DNA of 64,000 bases from an uncultured Bacteroidia bacterium (GCA_964481195.1 CAYZTB010000004.1:24306-88305), one strand, 5' to 3'; positions 48,639 to 59,430 are shown, numbered from the stretch's first letter. The notes: a model not told the origin generated them from the letters alone. Translations and numbers: made by a program.

Positions 48639-50321
48639 ATGCAGGCACGACCACTTACATATTTTTATCATTTCTATTGGCTTCTCCTCTTAGCCCTATT
48701 TTATTCCTGCGCTCAAATCGTGTCACCTGGTGGAGGAGCAAAAGATATTACCGCGCCTAGCGTAGAAAAGTTTATTCCAGATAGTGCAGCTACTAACTTT
48801 AAAGCAAAAAGCATTGCTATTTATTTTGACGAGTACATTCAGCTGGTAGATCTTCAAAAGGAGCTAACTATTTCGCCCCCCATGCACCATCAACCCGATA
48901 TAAAAGCAAAGGGACGAATGTTGCAAATTGAAATTACCGACACACTAAAAACAAATACAACTTATGTTTTGAATTTCGGGAATTCTATTCGCGATTTTAC
49001 AGAAGGAAACATTAAAAAAGATTTTCAATATATTTTTTCTACTGGAAATATTATTGATACATTAAAGTTGTCTGGTGGTATTAAATATGCAACAGACCTG
49101 AAAACCGAAAAAGGAATTCTGGTTATTCTCTTCAATGATAAGACTGATTCTGTTCCATATAAAATAGGGCCTTTTTATTTTGCAAGAACAAATCCAGATG
49201 GATCGTACCAGATCAGTCATATTAAGCCGGGACTATACAAAGCGTTTGCACTAAAAGATGAAAATGGAAATAGCAGATTTGACATCCCGACAGAAAGCGT
49301 TGGTTTTTCAGATACGCTCGTTAAAATTTCGCGCAATCAAAAATTGGACTTTACCCTATTCAAGGAGGAGACTAAAAAACAGCTTTTGTTAAAACACTAT
49401 GTTAGGGGCTATGCCAGCATAGTTTTACTTTTTTCAAAACCTGTTAAGAGCCTAAGCTATGAAGCGTTAAATCCTGGGACAAAAACACAAACATTTTTGA
49501 CTGAATACAATTTAACAAGGGATAGCATTCGAATCTGGACTCCTGAATTTACGAACGATAGTCTGCATTTTAAAATTATTGTGGAGGGGGAAATAATAGA
49601 TACCTTAAAAATCGGAACTACTCAATTTCAAAAAGACAACGGTGGAAGAGGAGAGGCGTTTAAGTTAGTAGGCACAATGAATGCTGCAAAGACTAAGCCG
49701 TTGGATATAAATAAATCGCTCGAATTAACTTTTTCTTATCCTATTAAGGAGTACAAACCTGAAAATATATTTTTAACTAATGGAAAGCAAAAAATTACTA
49801 GCACTAACAAAAACCATAAAGATTCATTGGGCAGGAAGTTTTCTTTTGATTTTGATTTAATACAAGATTCATTGTATCGCCTGGAAATAGTACCCGGCAC
49901 CTTCATCGATATTTTTGGATTAACAAATGACACGCTCAAAACAGAATTTAAATTACAGGAAGAAAGATTTTACGGCACACTGAAAATGATTTTGAAAATG
50001 AAAAAAACACCAATCAAATGCATTGTTCAATTAGTAAATGATAAGGGTAGTGTATCTAAAGAAGATATTTTGTATGAGTCGAAGGAATTATTCTACCCCT
50101 ACCTAAGCCCCGGGAAATACAGAATAAAAATTATTTACGACACAAACGAAGATGGCAAATGGACTACAGGAAATTATTTACTACACAAGCAGCCAGAAAA
50201 AATATCCTTTTTTGCTGGGGAAATAAACATTCGAGCCAATTGGGATTTGGAATTAGATTGGGACTTAACTCCACCGCAAACTCCCGTTGTTAAACAGGAA
50301 GGAGTTAAACAAGACAAATAG
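48639..50321 (+). CDS. Ig-like (Big_5) domain lipoprotein, conserved in Bacteroidota
   Basis: YSCAQIVSPGGGAKD, FDEYIQL, YDTNEDGKWTTGNY. Confidence 0.8.
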   Translation: MQARPLTYFYHFYWLLLLALFYSCAQIVSPGGGAKDITAPSVEKFIPDSAATNFKAKSIAIYFDEYIQLVDLQKELTISPPMHHQPDIKAKGRMLQIEITDTLKTNTTYVLNFGNSIRDFTEGNIKKDFQYIFSTGNIIDTLKLSGGIKYATDLKTEKGILVILFNDKTDSVPYKIGPFYFARTNPDGSYQISHIKPGLYKAFALKDENGNSRFDIPTESVGFSDTLVKISRNQKLDFTLFKEETKKQLLLKHYVRGYASIVLLFSKPVKSLSYEALNPGTKTQTFLTEYNLTRDSIRIWTPEFTNDSLHFKIIVEGEIIDTLKIGTTQFQKDNGGRGEAFKLVGTMNAAKTKPLDINKSLELTFSYPIKEYKPENIFLTNGKQKITSTNKNHKDSLGRKFSFDFDLIQDSLYRLEIVPGTFIDIFGLTNDTLKTEFKLQEERFYGTLKMILKMKKTPIKCIVQLVNDKGSVSKEDILYESKELFYPYLSPGKYRIKIIYDTNEDGKWTTGNYLLHKQPEKISFFAGEINIRANWDLELDWDLTPPQTPVVKQEGVKQDK

Positions 50322-51104
50322 CTATTGCTTAATAGTAAACGTATCAGCATCTTTCCAGGCTGGAAATGTTTTTCTCCAGTCTGATAATTTTTTTTGAGAA
50401 AGGATGACAGTTTCTGTAGAATTTTGATGAGCCTTTAATTTACTAATCACCTCGCCTTTAAAATCTATTATTCCCGAATCTCCTGAATAGGAGTACTCAT
50501 TTCCATCTTTACCAATTCGGTTTACACCCACTACATACGCCTGATTTTCCATGGCGCGTGCAAGTAGTAATGTTTTCCAAGGATGGCTCCTGCGTTCAGG
50601 CCAGTTGGCTACAAAAAGTAATACATCGTATGCATTATTTTTATTCCGAATCCATACTGGGAATCGAAGGTCATAACAAATCAGAGGACAAATTTTCCAG
50701 CCTTTTATATTGACAATTAGTTTTTTCTTTCCTGCTGCGTAATATTTTTCTTCTCCGGCATAGCAAAACAAATGTTTTTTGTCGTAGGTCTTGTATTTAC
50801 CATTGGGCAACATCCATACCAAGCGATTGTAATATTTATTTTTTTCTTTAATAATCAGACTTCCGGTAATTACACATTTCTTCTTCTTAGCTATTGATTT
50901 CATCCATGTTATGGCAGAGCCACTCATTGTTTCGGCAACAACTTTATTGTTCATGGTAAATCCGGTACTGAACATTTCAGGCAGCACAATTACATCTGTT
51001 TTTTCTTTTATAGAATTAATCTTTTCCGAGAACATTTTTAAGTTATTCTCGATGTTCTCCCAGTGAAGTGGAGATTGTACAATTGTAATTTTTAAATCTT
51101 GCAT
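50322..51104 (-). CDS. Carbon-nitrogen hydrolase (YafV/omega-amidase-like)
   Basis: LPEMF, YDKKHLF, ICYDLRFP (E-K-C triad). Confidence 0.9.
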   Translation of the reverse strand: MQDLKITIVQSPLHWENIENNLKMFSEKINSIKEKTDVIVLPEMFSTGFTMNNKVVAETMSGSAITWMKSIAKKKKCVITGSLIIKEKNKYYNRLVWMLPNGKYKTYDKKHLFCYAGEEKYYAAGKKKLIVNIKGWKICPLICYDLRFPVWIRNKNNAYDVLLFVANWPERRSHPWKTLLLARAMENQAYVVGVNRIGKDGNEYSYSGDSGIIDFKGEVISKLKAHQNSTETVILSQKKLSDWRKTFPAWKDADTFTIKQ

Positions 51105-52249
51105 AATTTTTCTGCTGCTTGTTTAAGTACATCATCCGTTTTAGCAAAACAAAAGCGTAATAATTTATTATCAATGGGTTTATGAAAAAATACCGAAGTA
51201 GGGATGGAGGCAACTCCATTTTCTTTAGTAAGTCTTATAGCGTAATCTGTATCTTTTTCTTGCGTGATGGCGCTGTAATCAAGCAATTGAAAGTAAGAGC
51301 CGGAAGCAGGCATGCATTTAAACTTTGAGCCTTTTAATGCATCCAGAAAAAAATCACGCTTCTTCTGATAGAAATCACCTAGTTCATTATAGTCGTTACT
51401 ATCTTTTATATACTCTGCCAACGCGTGTTGGATGGGTGTGTTTGCAGTAAATACAATAAACTGATGCACTTTACGAAATTCTGCCATCAAATTTTCGGGA
51501 GCAAAGCAATACCCCATTTTCCAGCCGGTAGCATGGTATGTTTTTCCAAAAGAAAAAATTATGAAGCTACGCTCTGCTAGTGTAGGATATTTACAAACGC
51601 TCTCGTGTTTTTGGCCGTCAAAAATAATATGCTCATATACCTCATCACTAATAATAATAATGTTGGTTCCCTTTACTAGCTTTTCCAATTGCTGCATGTC
51701 ATCGGCAGAAAGTACAGATCCCATAGGATTATGAGGAGAGTTAATCATAATCACTTTGGTGCGTGAGGTCATCACTTTTTTTACATCATTCCAGTCGATG
51801 GTGTGATTGGGCGCTTTAAGCTGCACATATATAGGTATGCCTCCGTTTAACTCGATGGTTGGAACATAACAATCGTATGCGGGTTCAATTACAATAACTT
51901 CATCCCCTTCGCGCACTATGGCAGTTAACGCTGAATAAATAGCCTGTGTTCCACCAGCAGTAATTGTAATTTCTGTATCGGGATTATACTTTGCCCCATA
52001 AAGCTTTTCCATTTTTTCGCATAACACTTCGCGTAACTGGGGCACTCCCTGCATGGGAGCATATTGATTCATGCCCTCTTTCATCTTTTTGTTAATGAGT
52101 GAAATCAATTTTGGATTTACATCAAAGTTTGGGAATCCCTGAGATAAGTTTATAGCCTTATGCTCATTTGCTAAAGCACTCATGACAGAAAAAATAGTAG
52201 TACCTACTTTAGGTAATTTGGAAGAAATGGAATTGGGATATTTTGGCAT
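51092..52249 (-). CDS. ybdL: Methionine aminotransferase (class I PLP)
   Basis: INLSQGFP, NQYAP, INSPHNPMG, SDEVYEH, SFGKTYHATGWKMG. Confidence 0.9.
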   Translation of the reverse strand: MPKYPNSISSKLPKVGTTIFSVMSALANEHKAINLSQGFPNFDVNPKLISLINKKMKEGMNQYAPMQGVPQLREVLCEKMEKLYGAKYNPDTEITITAGGTQAIYSALTAIVREGDEVIVIEPAYDCYVPTIELNGGIPIYVQLKAPNHTIDWNDVKKVMTSRTKVIMINSPHNPMGSVLSADDMQQLEKLVKGTNIIIISDEVYEHIIFDGQKHESVCKYPTLAERSFIIFSFGKTYHATGWKMGYCFAPENLMAEFRKVHQFIVFTANTPIQHALAEYIKDSNDYNELGDFYQKKRDFFLDALKGSKFKCMPASGSYFQLLDYSAITQEKDTDYAIRLTKENGVASIPTSVFFHKPIDNKLLRFCFAKTDDVLKQAAEKLCKI

Positions 52250-52349
52250 ATATAATAATGAAGTATAAAGATAGAAAAAGAAAAAACAAGCTGTGTTTTA
52301 GCTGTCATAGCGAGAAATAATTTTATTTTTGTGCCTTAATAATTTATCT

Positions 52350-52868
52350 ATGAATATTACTAAAAACTCCGTTGTAACCTTAGGCTATTTGCTAAAAACC
52401 AGAACTGGACTGTCGCTTGAAGAAAAACAAGTAGAGCAAACTACGTCTGATCGCCCGTTTGTGTTTATATATGGCGGTGGTATGATGTTACCAGATTTTG
52501 AGCTAAACTTAAGTGGCAAAAAAGCAGGAGATAAATTTGATTTTTTTATTCCAGCAGCAAAGGCCTACGGTGTGCAGAATGATAAATATGTGATGAATGT
52601 TCCTATAGATTCTTTTAAAGGACCAGATGGTACGCTGGATTTAAACGAAATAAAAACGGGAAACATATTAACGATGAATGACGAAAAAGGCAACCAGTTG
52701 CAAGGCACTATATTAGAAGTGACCGCAGTTCATGTGCGCATGGATTTTAATCATCCGCTTGCTGGGCAAGAGCTGCATTTTACAGGAGAAGTTTTTAGTG
52801 TACGCGCTGCTACTGCCGAAGAGATTTCGCACGGGCATGTGCATGGACCTGGCGGACATCATCACTAA
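52350..52868 (+). CDS. slyD: FKBP-type PPIase with His-rich tail
   Basis: VRMDFNHPLAGQELHF, HGHVHGPGGHHH. Confidence 0.92.
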   Translation: MNITKNSVVTLGYLLKTRTGLSLEEKQVEQTTSDRPFVFIYGGGMMLPDFELNLSGKKAGDKFDFFIPAAKAYGVQNDKYVMNVPIDSFKGPDGTLDLNEIKTGNILTMNDEKGNQLQGTILEVTAVHVRMDFNHPLAGQELHFTGEVFSVRAATAEEISHGHVHGPGGHHH

Positions 52869-52880
52869 TAATAGCGTAGG

Positions 52881-53609
52881 CTACCAATAGCCGAAGGTCT
52901 TTTTAATCATAGCCTTGCCCCATTTTTCTTTTCCATAATCTTTTTCCAGCTTGGCTTTTAGCTCTACAGGATTGTAAACCTTGCTTTTTGATTTTTTTGG
53001 AAGCAGATCCTCTATTGCAGGGGCTATTGTTTCGATTCTAGTTGCAAAATATATTACTCCCCCGTCTTCGGTAGCAAGACCAAGAATAGCACCTGGCAAG
53101 CCAATAAAACTTTCCGGACCGGTAGAAACAGAAATTTCATCGCAGTACCAGGCATAAATGCGGGAGCTGTCGGGCGCTTCCCAAACTGCTTTTCGGCAGG
53201 TGTAGCCACCAATGTTACGTTTGCTATCTGTAATTTTCCAGGAACGTGGGTATAAACTGTCGCCCAAATAAACAAACTCACTCCAAATAGTTTTTATGGT
53301 GAGGCGAGTATTTTGCTTAAAGTTTTGGTATACTTTATTTTTTTCGGTGTACCAGCTCATGTAATCACGCTCATCGTTTTCCCGTTCCTTGAAGGCAGAA
53401 ATAGAATCGTTAAAGTATAATTCAAAATAATCAATCTTGATTTTATCGGTTTTGTTAATCCAATCCAATACATCATCGTCTTTAAATTTTTTATAAAGAT
53501 TTGTTTTTCGTTCGTAAGTAATCTTGCCAGCAGTAATTTGCGACTGAACGTCACCCGTTACCGCAACCACAATAAAGAACGAAAGTATTATGTTAAGGAG
53601 CGACTTCAT
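52881..53609 (-). CDS. GLPGLI family protein
   Basis: WKITDSKRNIGGYTCRKA, AWYCDEI, GPESFIGLPGAIL. Confidence 0.9.
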   Translation of the reverse strand: MKSLLNIILSFFIVVAVTGDVQSQITAGKITYERKTNLYKKFKDDDVLDWINKTDKIKIDYFELYFNDSISAFKERENDERDYMSWYTEKNKVYQNFKQNTRLTIKTIWSEFVYLGDSLYPRSWKITDSKRNIGGYTCRKAVWEAPDSSRIYAWYCDEISVSTGPESFIGLPGAILGLATEDGGVIYFATRIETIAPAIEDLLPKKSKSKVYNPVELKAKLEKDYGKEKWGKAMIKKTFGYW

Positions 53610-56331
53610 CTTGTTTAGGTGCTTTGTTTTTGAATTTGTAATTTAGTTTCACCAAAAAATATCTGCCTACCGCATTTGTGCTTACATCCATAATCATGTT
53701 ATCCTGCACTGTTCGGTACACATTAATATTTTGATTAAGGATATCGCGAACCGAAATTCCCAGCTGAAGACTTTCATCTTTGAAGAAGGATTTAGTAAGC
53801 GATGCATTCCAAATCAGATAATCAATGTTATAGCCCTGAAAGCGCTGATTGTTCTTGCTATAGTTGGCATCGGTTTTAAGCTCAAACGTTTTTTTAATAG
53901 TAAAGGATGCAGAGCTGTTGTAGTTGATAGTTGAGAATGGCCTAGTAGAATTTGCATTTATAGTTGATGTTGGGCTTGTATAAGAGTATCCAGTTCCAAT
54001 AAGAAATTCTATTTTCTCTAACCTTAAAACCACATCTAGCTTTGGATTCGAAATAGTATTAACTACTTTATTCTGAACGTTGTTGATGTAGCTCGTGTTT
54101 TGCGTTTGTCCAAGATTTAAGGCCGGACTCAAAAATATTTTTTTGGACCAAAAAGGAAAATCTAAATTCAAATTTGCACCGGTGCGGTAGTTGCCATTCA
54201 CATTGATGGTTTGAGTAAATACTTGTCCTTTGTTATCGTACGCCACCGAATTAGAAAAATCATTATTTGTTGTTATGTAGTAGATATTACCCCATATGTT
54301 GCGTCCGCTTACGGGCTTATATGAATTAATTGACATGCGGAAGAGGTGACCGAACGTTTGTTTTAAGTCAGGATTACCAATTTTTATTTGATTGGGAGTG
54401 GAGTTATCGGGTATCGGTTGCAATTGATCTATGCTTGGAAGTTTTGAATTGCTGTTGTAGTTGATATAGATGCGCGAATTATTTTTAAATGTATACTGAC
54501 CAAAGGCAAAGGGTAAAAGTATGTTTGCATTCTGCTTTAAAACACTGTTGTTAATCAAATTTGTGTTTGTTATGTCTCGTACTTCGCCTCTTGTTCCAAG
54601 CCCTGCGGAATAGCTTTTTACTTCGTATCGTAAATTTATGGATGCTTGATTTGTTATTCTGTTTATTTGAAAGTTATTTGTTAGTAAAGCATTTTCCAAA
54701 TTATAATCCCCTCCCTGAAAGTCCAATGTTTTTTTATCTTGGTTATTTTCCAAACCCGTAAAGGTGTAGGAAGAATAAATAAATATTTTTTTAGTAATTG
54801 GCAGATTAAAGCCTGCGTTAAAGCGATGGCTCTGACTAGAACTAGAATTATTTTTTTTCTGGTTTATACTATCTGAAGAGGTAATGCTTGAAAAATAATA
54901 TGAATCCAAAGATTGAAGAATGCTTGAGGAATTATTTTGCCTTGCTTCTTGCGTATACGACACATACAAACGTTTTTTCTTATTTTGGTATCTTCTGGAG
55001 TATTCCAAGGTATTTAGTATAGATGAGTTATTCCCATTGGTAATATTTTCAAAATTGGAAGAACGAAAAAGGCTGCTGTCTTCATCAAAATAGTTTATTG
55101 ACTTATTTATCTGACTAGTAGACTCATTAAGCCTGATTTTAGAATTAAAAGATATATCACTCATGGAGTCAAGCTCTTGCTCAAGCTGAAAATTAAATTG
55201 ATGAGAAACATTATTTTGTTGGTTGCTAAGCACTTCATTTGTTTTATACGAAGTATCTGAAAAGAAATATTGTGTTTGGGTTTTTGATGACAAATTCATT
55301 TCCGTTGGGTTGTAGGTATAGTTGCCATCAATCTTATTTCCTTTCCAGAATTTGTTTGAGAAGTAAATTCCTGCTTTTAACGTTTGCGGTAATCCCGAAT
55401 TTGAATTATTTTGAGTAAAAGGCTGTGTGCCCCATTCCTCGTCCCAATCCCAATCTCTGAATGCATCCAGCCCGTACTCATTTTGATCCTGCCAGCTGAA
55501 TTGTGAATTGGGGGTGTTGGCGCCTAAAGCAAAAACAGAAAGCTTGGATTTTTTTCTGAATCTGTTTGCCAGAAATTGATTCTCGTAGAATTTTGAAAAG
55601 TCTGTCCCTCCTGATATTTTTCCAAAGTATCCTTTCTTGGCATCTTCCTTAAGTTGAAGGTTCATCACCTTCAGGGTTTCACTACTGCCATCGCCCCCCG
55701 CACTGGTATTTGCTTTATCATACACCTGAACGGATGCAATAGATTTTGCATCTAGGTTGCGCGTTGCCACAGTTGGGTCAGCGCCAAAAAATTCATCTCC
55801 ATCCACTAATAATTTATCAATGGCTCTTCCTTGCGAATATATTTTTCCTTGCGCATCTACTTTAATTCCCGGAAGTTTTTTCAGTAAATCCTCAACAACG
55901 GCATTGGGTTTTACAGCAAAGGAGTCAGCGTTATATATTAAAGTATCGCCTTTATAATACATAGGGTCCGAATAACCAACAATAACTACTTCTTGAAGCG
56001 AAATTGTTTTAGGTGGAAGTATCAAGTTCTTTAATACCACATCCAGATTTTCTTTATTTCCCATTATGATAAACTGCTGATCGCCAAAGGTTGGATGGGA
56101 AACAATAACAACATATGTATCTAGCGGAAGTTTATCTATTTTAAAGAAGCCATTTTTATCTGAACGCGAAAAGGAGATTAATGTAGAGTCTGAAAACCGC
56201 ACTGCAACAACAACCGCATTTTCTACAATAGTATTTGTTGCTGTATCCCGTGCAGTTCCTGCAACACTCATCTGCTGGGCGTTTACCGCATTTACGAAGA
56301 AGAGAAAAGAGGCTATTAATATATATCTCAT
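53593..56331 (-). CDS. Outer-membrane beta-barrel (TonB-receptor-like) protein with N-terminal carboxypeptidase-regulatory-like domain
   Basis: KGDTLIYNADSF, VEDLLKKLPGI, LVDGDEFFG, GNPDLKQ, GRYFLVKLNYKF. Confidence 0.88.
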   Translation of the reverse strand: MRYILIASFLFFVNAVNAQQMSVAGTARDTATNTIVENAVVVAVRFSDSTLISFSRSDKNGFFKIDKLPLDTYVVIVSHPTFGDQQFIIMGNKENLDVVLKNLILPPKTISLQEVVIVGYSDPMYYKGDTLIYNADSFAVKPNAVVEDLLKKLPGIKVDAQGKIYSQGRAIDKLLVDGDEFFGADPTVATRNLDAKSIASVQVYDKANTSAGGDGSSETLKVMNLQLKEDAKKGYFGKISGGTDFSKFYENQFLANRFRKKSKLSVFALGANTPNSQFSWQDQNEYGLDAFRDWDWDEEWGTQPFTQNNSNSGLPQTLKAGIYFSNKFWKGNKIDGNYTYNPTEMNLSSKTQTQYFFSDTSYKTNEVLSNQQNNVSHQFNFQLEQELDSMSDISFNSKIRLNESTSQINKSINYFDEDSSLFRSSNFENITNGNNSSILNTLEYSRRYQNKKKRLYVSYTQEARQNNSSSILQSLDSYYFSSITSSDSINQKKNNSSSSQSHRFNAGFNLPITKKIFIYSSYTFTGLENNQDKKTLDFQGGDYNLENALLTNNFQINRITNQASINLRYEVKSYSAGLGTRGEVRDITNTNLINNSVLKQNANILLPFAFGQYTFKNNSRIYINYNSNSKLPSIDQLQPIPDNSTPNQIKIGNPDLKQTFGHLFRMSINSYKPVSGRNIWGNIYYITTNNDFSNSVAYDNKGQVFTQTINVNGNYRTGANLNLDFPFWSKKIFLSPALNLGQTQNTSYINNVQNKVVNTISNPKLDVVLRLEKIEFLIGTGYSYTSPTSTINANSTRPFSTINYNSSASFTIKKTFELKTDANYSKNNQRFQGYNIDYLIWNASLTKSFFKDESLQLGISVRDILNQNINVYRTVQDNMIMDVSTNAVGRYFLVKLNYKFKNKAPKQDEVAP

Positions 56332-56365
56332 GTTTCTTTTATAAGGATACCTGAAAAATCATGCA

Positions 56366-57167
56366 TTAATAGATGCCGGTAATTACAACTTCTACTCTTC
56401 TGTCTTCTCGCATTCCTTTACCCGTTGGAACATCGCTGCCATATCCAGTGTAAGTTGGCCGGGTGGGCTCAATTCCGCGTTTGATTAAATATTGGTAAAC
56501 AGTTTGAGCTCGTACTTTTGATAAATTCAATATTCCAGTCTTCTTATCGAGGTCATCTATTCCGCGACTGGTACAACAAACATGACCTTCAATTTTAAAA
56601 GTCACAGTATTATTAATTCTGAGTAAACTTAGGAGTGAATCGAGTGTAGGTATTGATTCCTTTGATATCGAACACGAACCGGTGTCAAATAAAATCTGAT
56701 CCATAGATAATTTATCCCCTACTTTTTTATTTGCAATCTTCTGTCTTCCCCATGCGGAGTCGAGCACCTGCGTGAGTATGAGGTCAACACGTCTACTGAT
56801 TCTTCTTTTGGATTCCAGATCGTTGGTGTCTGCTATCTCAATCTCGCCCCATCCGTTCACTTTGGAAATGGCCTTGCTCTCAACTCCTAAGGAGATAAGA
56901 AATTGCTTGAGTGTATCTGCGCGTTGCTGAGATAAGCGCAGATTGTATTGTTCAGAGCCTATCATCGCAGTATCCCATGATGGAAATAGCAGTCTCAGAA
57001 TTTACATTTCTATTTGCAATGAACTGGGTCAATCTTTTTTCCTGTTGCTTGGTTAATGTGTCTGAATTTGAAGAAAAGTATACTGAGTATATAATGGGTC
57101 TCTGCCCGAAAGTGAGACTGTATGCACAAAGAATAGCCAATAATATGGTACAGTTCTTTTTATTCAT
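56366..57167 (-). pseudogene. Double OmpA-domain protein split by a frameshift at ~56960
   Basis: ORF1 ends MGYCDDRL*; ORF2 continues GSEQYNLRLSQQRA; second domain IEGHVCC...LSKVRA...DRRVEV. Confidence 0.75.
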
Positions 57168-57275
57168 TAATAAATAACGAGCAATAATTTTTGAACGAAA
57201 AGGTATTCTCTTTATTGCTTCATATATAACTCGAAAAGTAACATATTTGTGGTATTTCTTACATATAGAAAAATC

Positions 57276-57440
57276 CTAAATATCAGGTTTCATTAATGAC
57301 CGAAACTGGTTAAATACTCGTTCCAAGACCGATAGTTGTTCTGTTACTATATCCGCCATTCCGCCCATTTCAGGTTTATATTCAATTTGCTTCTTATAGC
57401 TTGTTAGTAGGCCTTGCGATAAAATAACCTCAACTCTATA
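57276..57440 (-). pseudogene. C-terminal relic of an HlyD-type secretion adaptor
   Basis: 54-codon start-less frame YRVEVILSQGLLTSYKKQIEYKPEMGGMADIVTEQLSVLERVFNQFRSLMKPDI*. Confidence 0.7.
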
Positions 57441-57441
57441 A

Positions 57442-59430
57442 TTATTTTTTGTTTGCTAATTGTTTTAGCTCTTCCAGTTCAGCCTCATTTACAAACCCAC
57501 CTTTTTCTTTTGCGGTAAGCATATCCTGTAATGCCTCGTTAAATTTCCCTAAACTTTTATACGAAAGTGCACGGTTGGCATAAGCGCTAACATTATCGGG
57601 CTTCAGCTCCAATGATTTACTAAAGCTTATTACAGACTCTTCATATTTACCACTCATGCTTAAAATGATTCCTCGGTTGTTATAGGCTTGTCCGTTTTCG
57701 GGAGCAAATTCAATTGTTTTATTTATATCTGCCAAGGCTTTGTTTAGCTTACCGCTTTTTCCATACGCTTCGGAGCGAGCATAAAAGCCTTCGCCACTTT
57801 GAGGGTTAATATTTATTATTTCAGAAAAATCTTTTATGGCACTTTCAAAATAATTTTTTTCTACATAAATAGTACCCCTGCTTAAGTAGTTCAGATAATC
57901 TGTTGGAACTTGGTTTATGGCTTTAGTGAAAGAATTAATGGCATCGTCTTTCTTTTTCAGCCGCACTTCGATAAGTCCTTTGTTTCTCCAGGCATTGGGA
58001 TAGCGTGGTTTTAATTTCACTAATGCAATAAAATCTTGCAGCGCTTCTTCGTTACGCGAGGAATCGGATAGCACAGCTCCGCGGTTGGTATAAAGGATAG
58101 CGGCTTGATGTCCGTTATTTATGGCATCAGTATAAAGCGTGATGCTATCGTGCCATACTTTGTTTCTATTAAATGAAGAGTAAGCTAAAAGCAGCAAGCA
58201 AACACCGGCTCCTGATAACACCATTTTATTTTTTAATAAAGGAGTTATGTAATAGGCGACAATAAAAAATAATCCTATAGAAGGCAGGTAGGTGTATCGA
58301 TCGGCATACAAGGCATCGCCAACAGGTAAAAGTTGTAACACCAGCGCGATAGTTATTATAAAAAATGCTGCACCAAACAAAACAAATTTCGATTCTTTAA
58401 AATATTTCCAGATGATAAATGCAAGTGCTAACAACACGGCCGGGCTTAAATAAACCCAGATGGTATTTATTTTATCATCGGTTTCGGGATAGGGGTAGAA
58501 GCAGCTAAGATTTATTGGTAAAATAATTTTATGCAGGTAGGTCATGAGTGCATAACAAGAAAATAATAGTCGTTCGTACAATGGAAAGTATTGAAACGTT
58601 TGCATGGCACCTGCTTTGCCTTGCACATTGATGGCCAGCACACCAAAAGCAATAGCCAATAAAAAGAAAGGAACTTTTTCTAAAATAGTTTGCTTGTTTA
58701 TTTTTCTGCCCAACAAAAAATCCACAGCAAAGAAAACTAAGGGCAACACCACTGCTTGTGCTTTGGAGAGAAGAGCGAGGGTGAAGAGGAAGAGAAGAAG
58801 CCCCACCCTTGCCCTCCCCATAAGGGAGGGAAATAGTGCGACAGTTCCTCCCCTAGCGGGGGAGGTAAGTAGAGAGCCCGATATATACAAATACAAACTC
58901 CACAAAAAGAAAAATCCGTACAACACATCTTTGCGTTCGGATATCCAGGCAACGGATTCTACATGCAACGGATGAATACCAAATAGGAGGGAGGTGAGGA
59001 AAGCTACTAAGAGCGCATTGCTTTTGAAGAGAAAGGATCCAATTTTTTGTATTATCAAAAAAACAAAAAGCGTATTCAGTAAATGTAAAACCAGGTTTGT
59101 TAAATGATATCCAAATGGATTTAGTTCCCAGATTTTATATTCCAGCATATAACTTAACATAGTAAGCGGCTGATAATTACCCACAAACTGTTCCGAGAAA
59201 ATTAGTTTGATGTTAACTACATTTAAAGTGTGAACTGCCGGATTGTTAATGAGGTATTGGGGATCATCCAGGTTAACGAATTTATTTTGTAAGGAAGGCA
59301 AGAAAACTAAAAAGGTAATGGCTAAGATTATAGGTAAAAAGTATTTTTTATACTTTGAAAAAACACCTTCTGCAGGAATTTTATTCGAAGTAGCGGCTTT
59401 AATTTTCGGAGCAGGCTTTGCCATCCTCAA
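57442..59430 (-). CDS. TMTC-like GT-C membrane protein with TPRs and an in-frame repeat insertion
   Basis: NLDDPQY, NYQPLT, HPLHVESVAWISERKDVL, LLSKAQAV, ADRYTYLP, TPR tail. Confidence 0.88.
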   Translation of the reverse strand: MRMAKPAPKIKAATSNKIPAEGVFSKYKKYFLPIILAITFLVFLPSLQNKFVNLDDPQYLINNPAVHTLNVVNIKLIFSEQFVGNYQPLTMLSYMLEYKIWELNPFGYHLTNLVLHLLNTLFVFLIIQKIGSFLFKSNALLVAFLTSLLFGIHPLHVESVAWISERKDVLYGFFFLWSLYLYISGSLLTSPARGGTVALFPSLMGRARVGLLLFLFTLALLSKAQAVVLPLVFFAVDFLLGRKINKQTILEKVPFFLLAIAFGVLAINVQGKAGAMQTFQYFPLYERLLFSCYALMTYLHKIILPINLSCFYPYPETDDKINTIWVYLSPAVLLALAFIIWKYFKESKFVLFGAAFFIITIALVLQLLPVGDALYADRYTYLPSIGLFFIVAYYITPLLKNKMVLSGAGVCLLLLAYSSFNRNKVWHDSITLYTDAINNGHQAAILYTNRGAVLSDSSRNEEALQDFIALVKLKPRYPNAWRNKGLIEVRLKKKDDAINSFTKAINQVPTDYLNYLSRGTIYVEKNYFESAIKDFSEIININPQSGEGFYARSEAYGKSGKLNKALADINKTIEFAPENGQAYNNRGIILSMSGKYEESVISFSKSLELKPDNVSAYANRALSYKSLGKFNEALQDMLTAKEKGGFVNEAELEELKQLANKK
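58800..58878. repeat. Family C palindromic doublet, in-frame inside the TMTC-like gene
   Basis: CCCTCCC-CATAA-GGGAGGG, spacer, CCTCCCC-TAGC-GGGGGAGG; encodes GSLLTSPARGGTVALFPSLMGRARVG. Confidence 0.85.
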
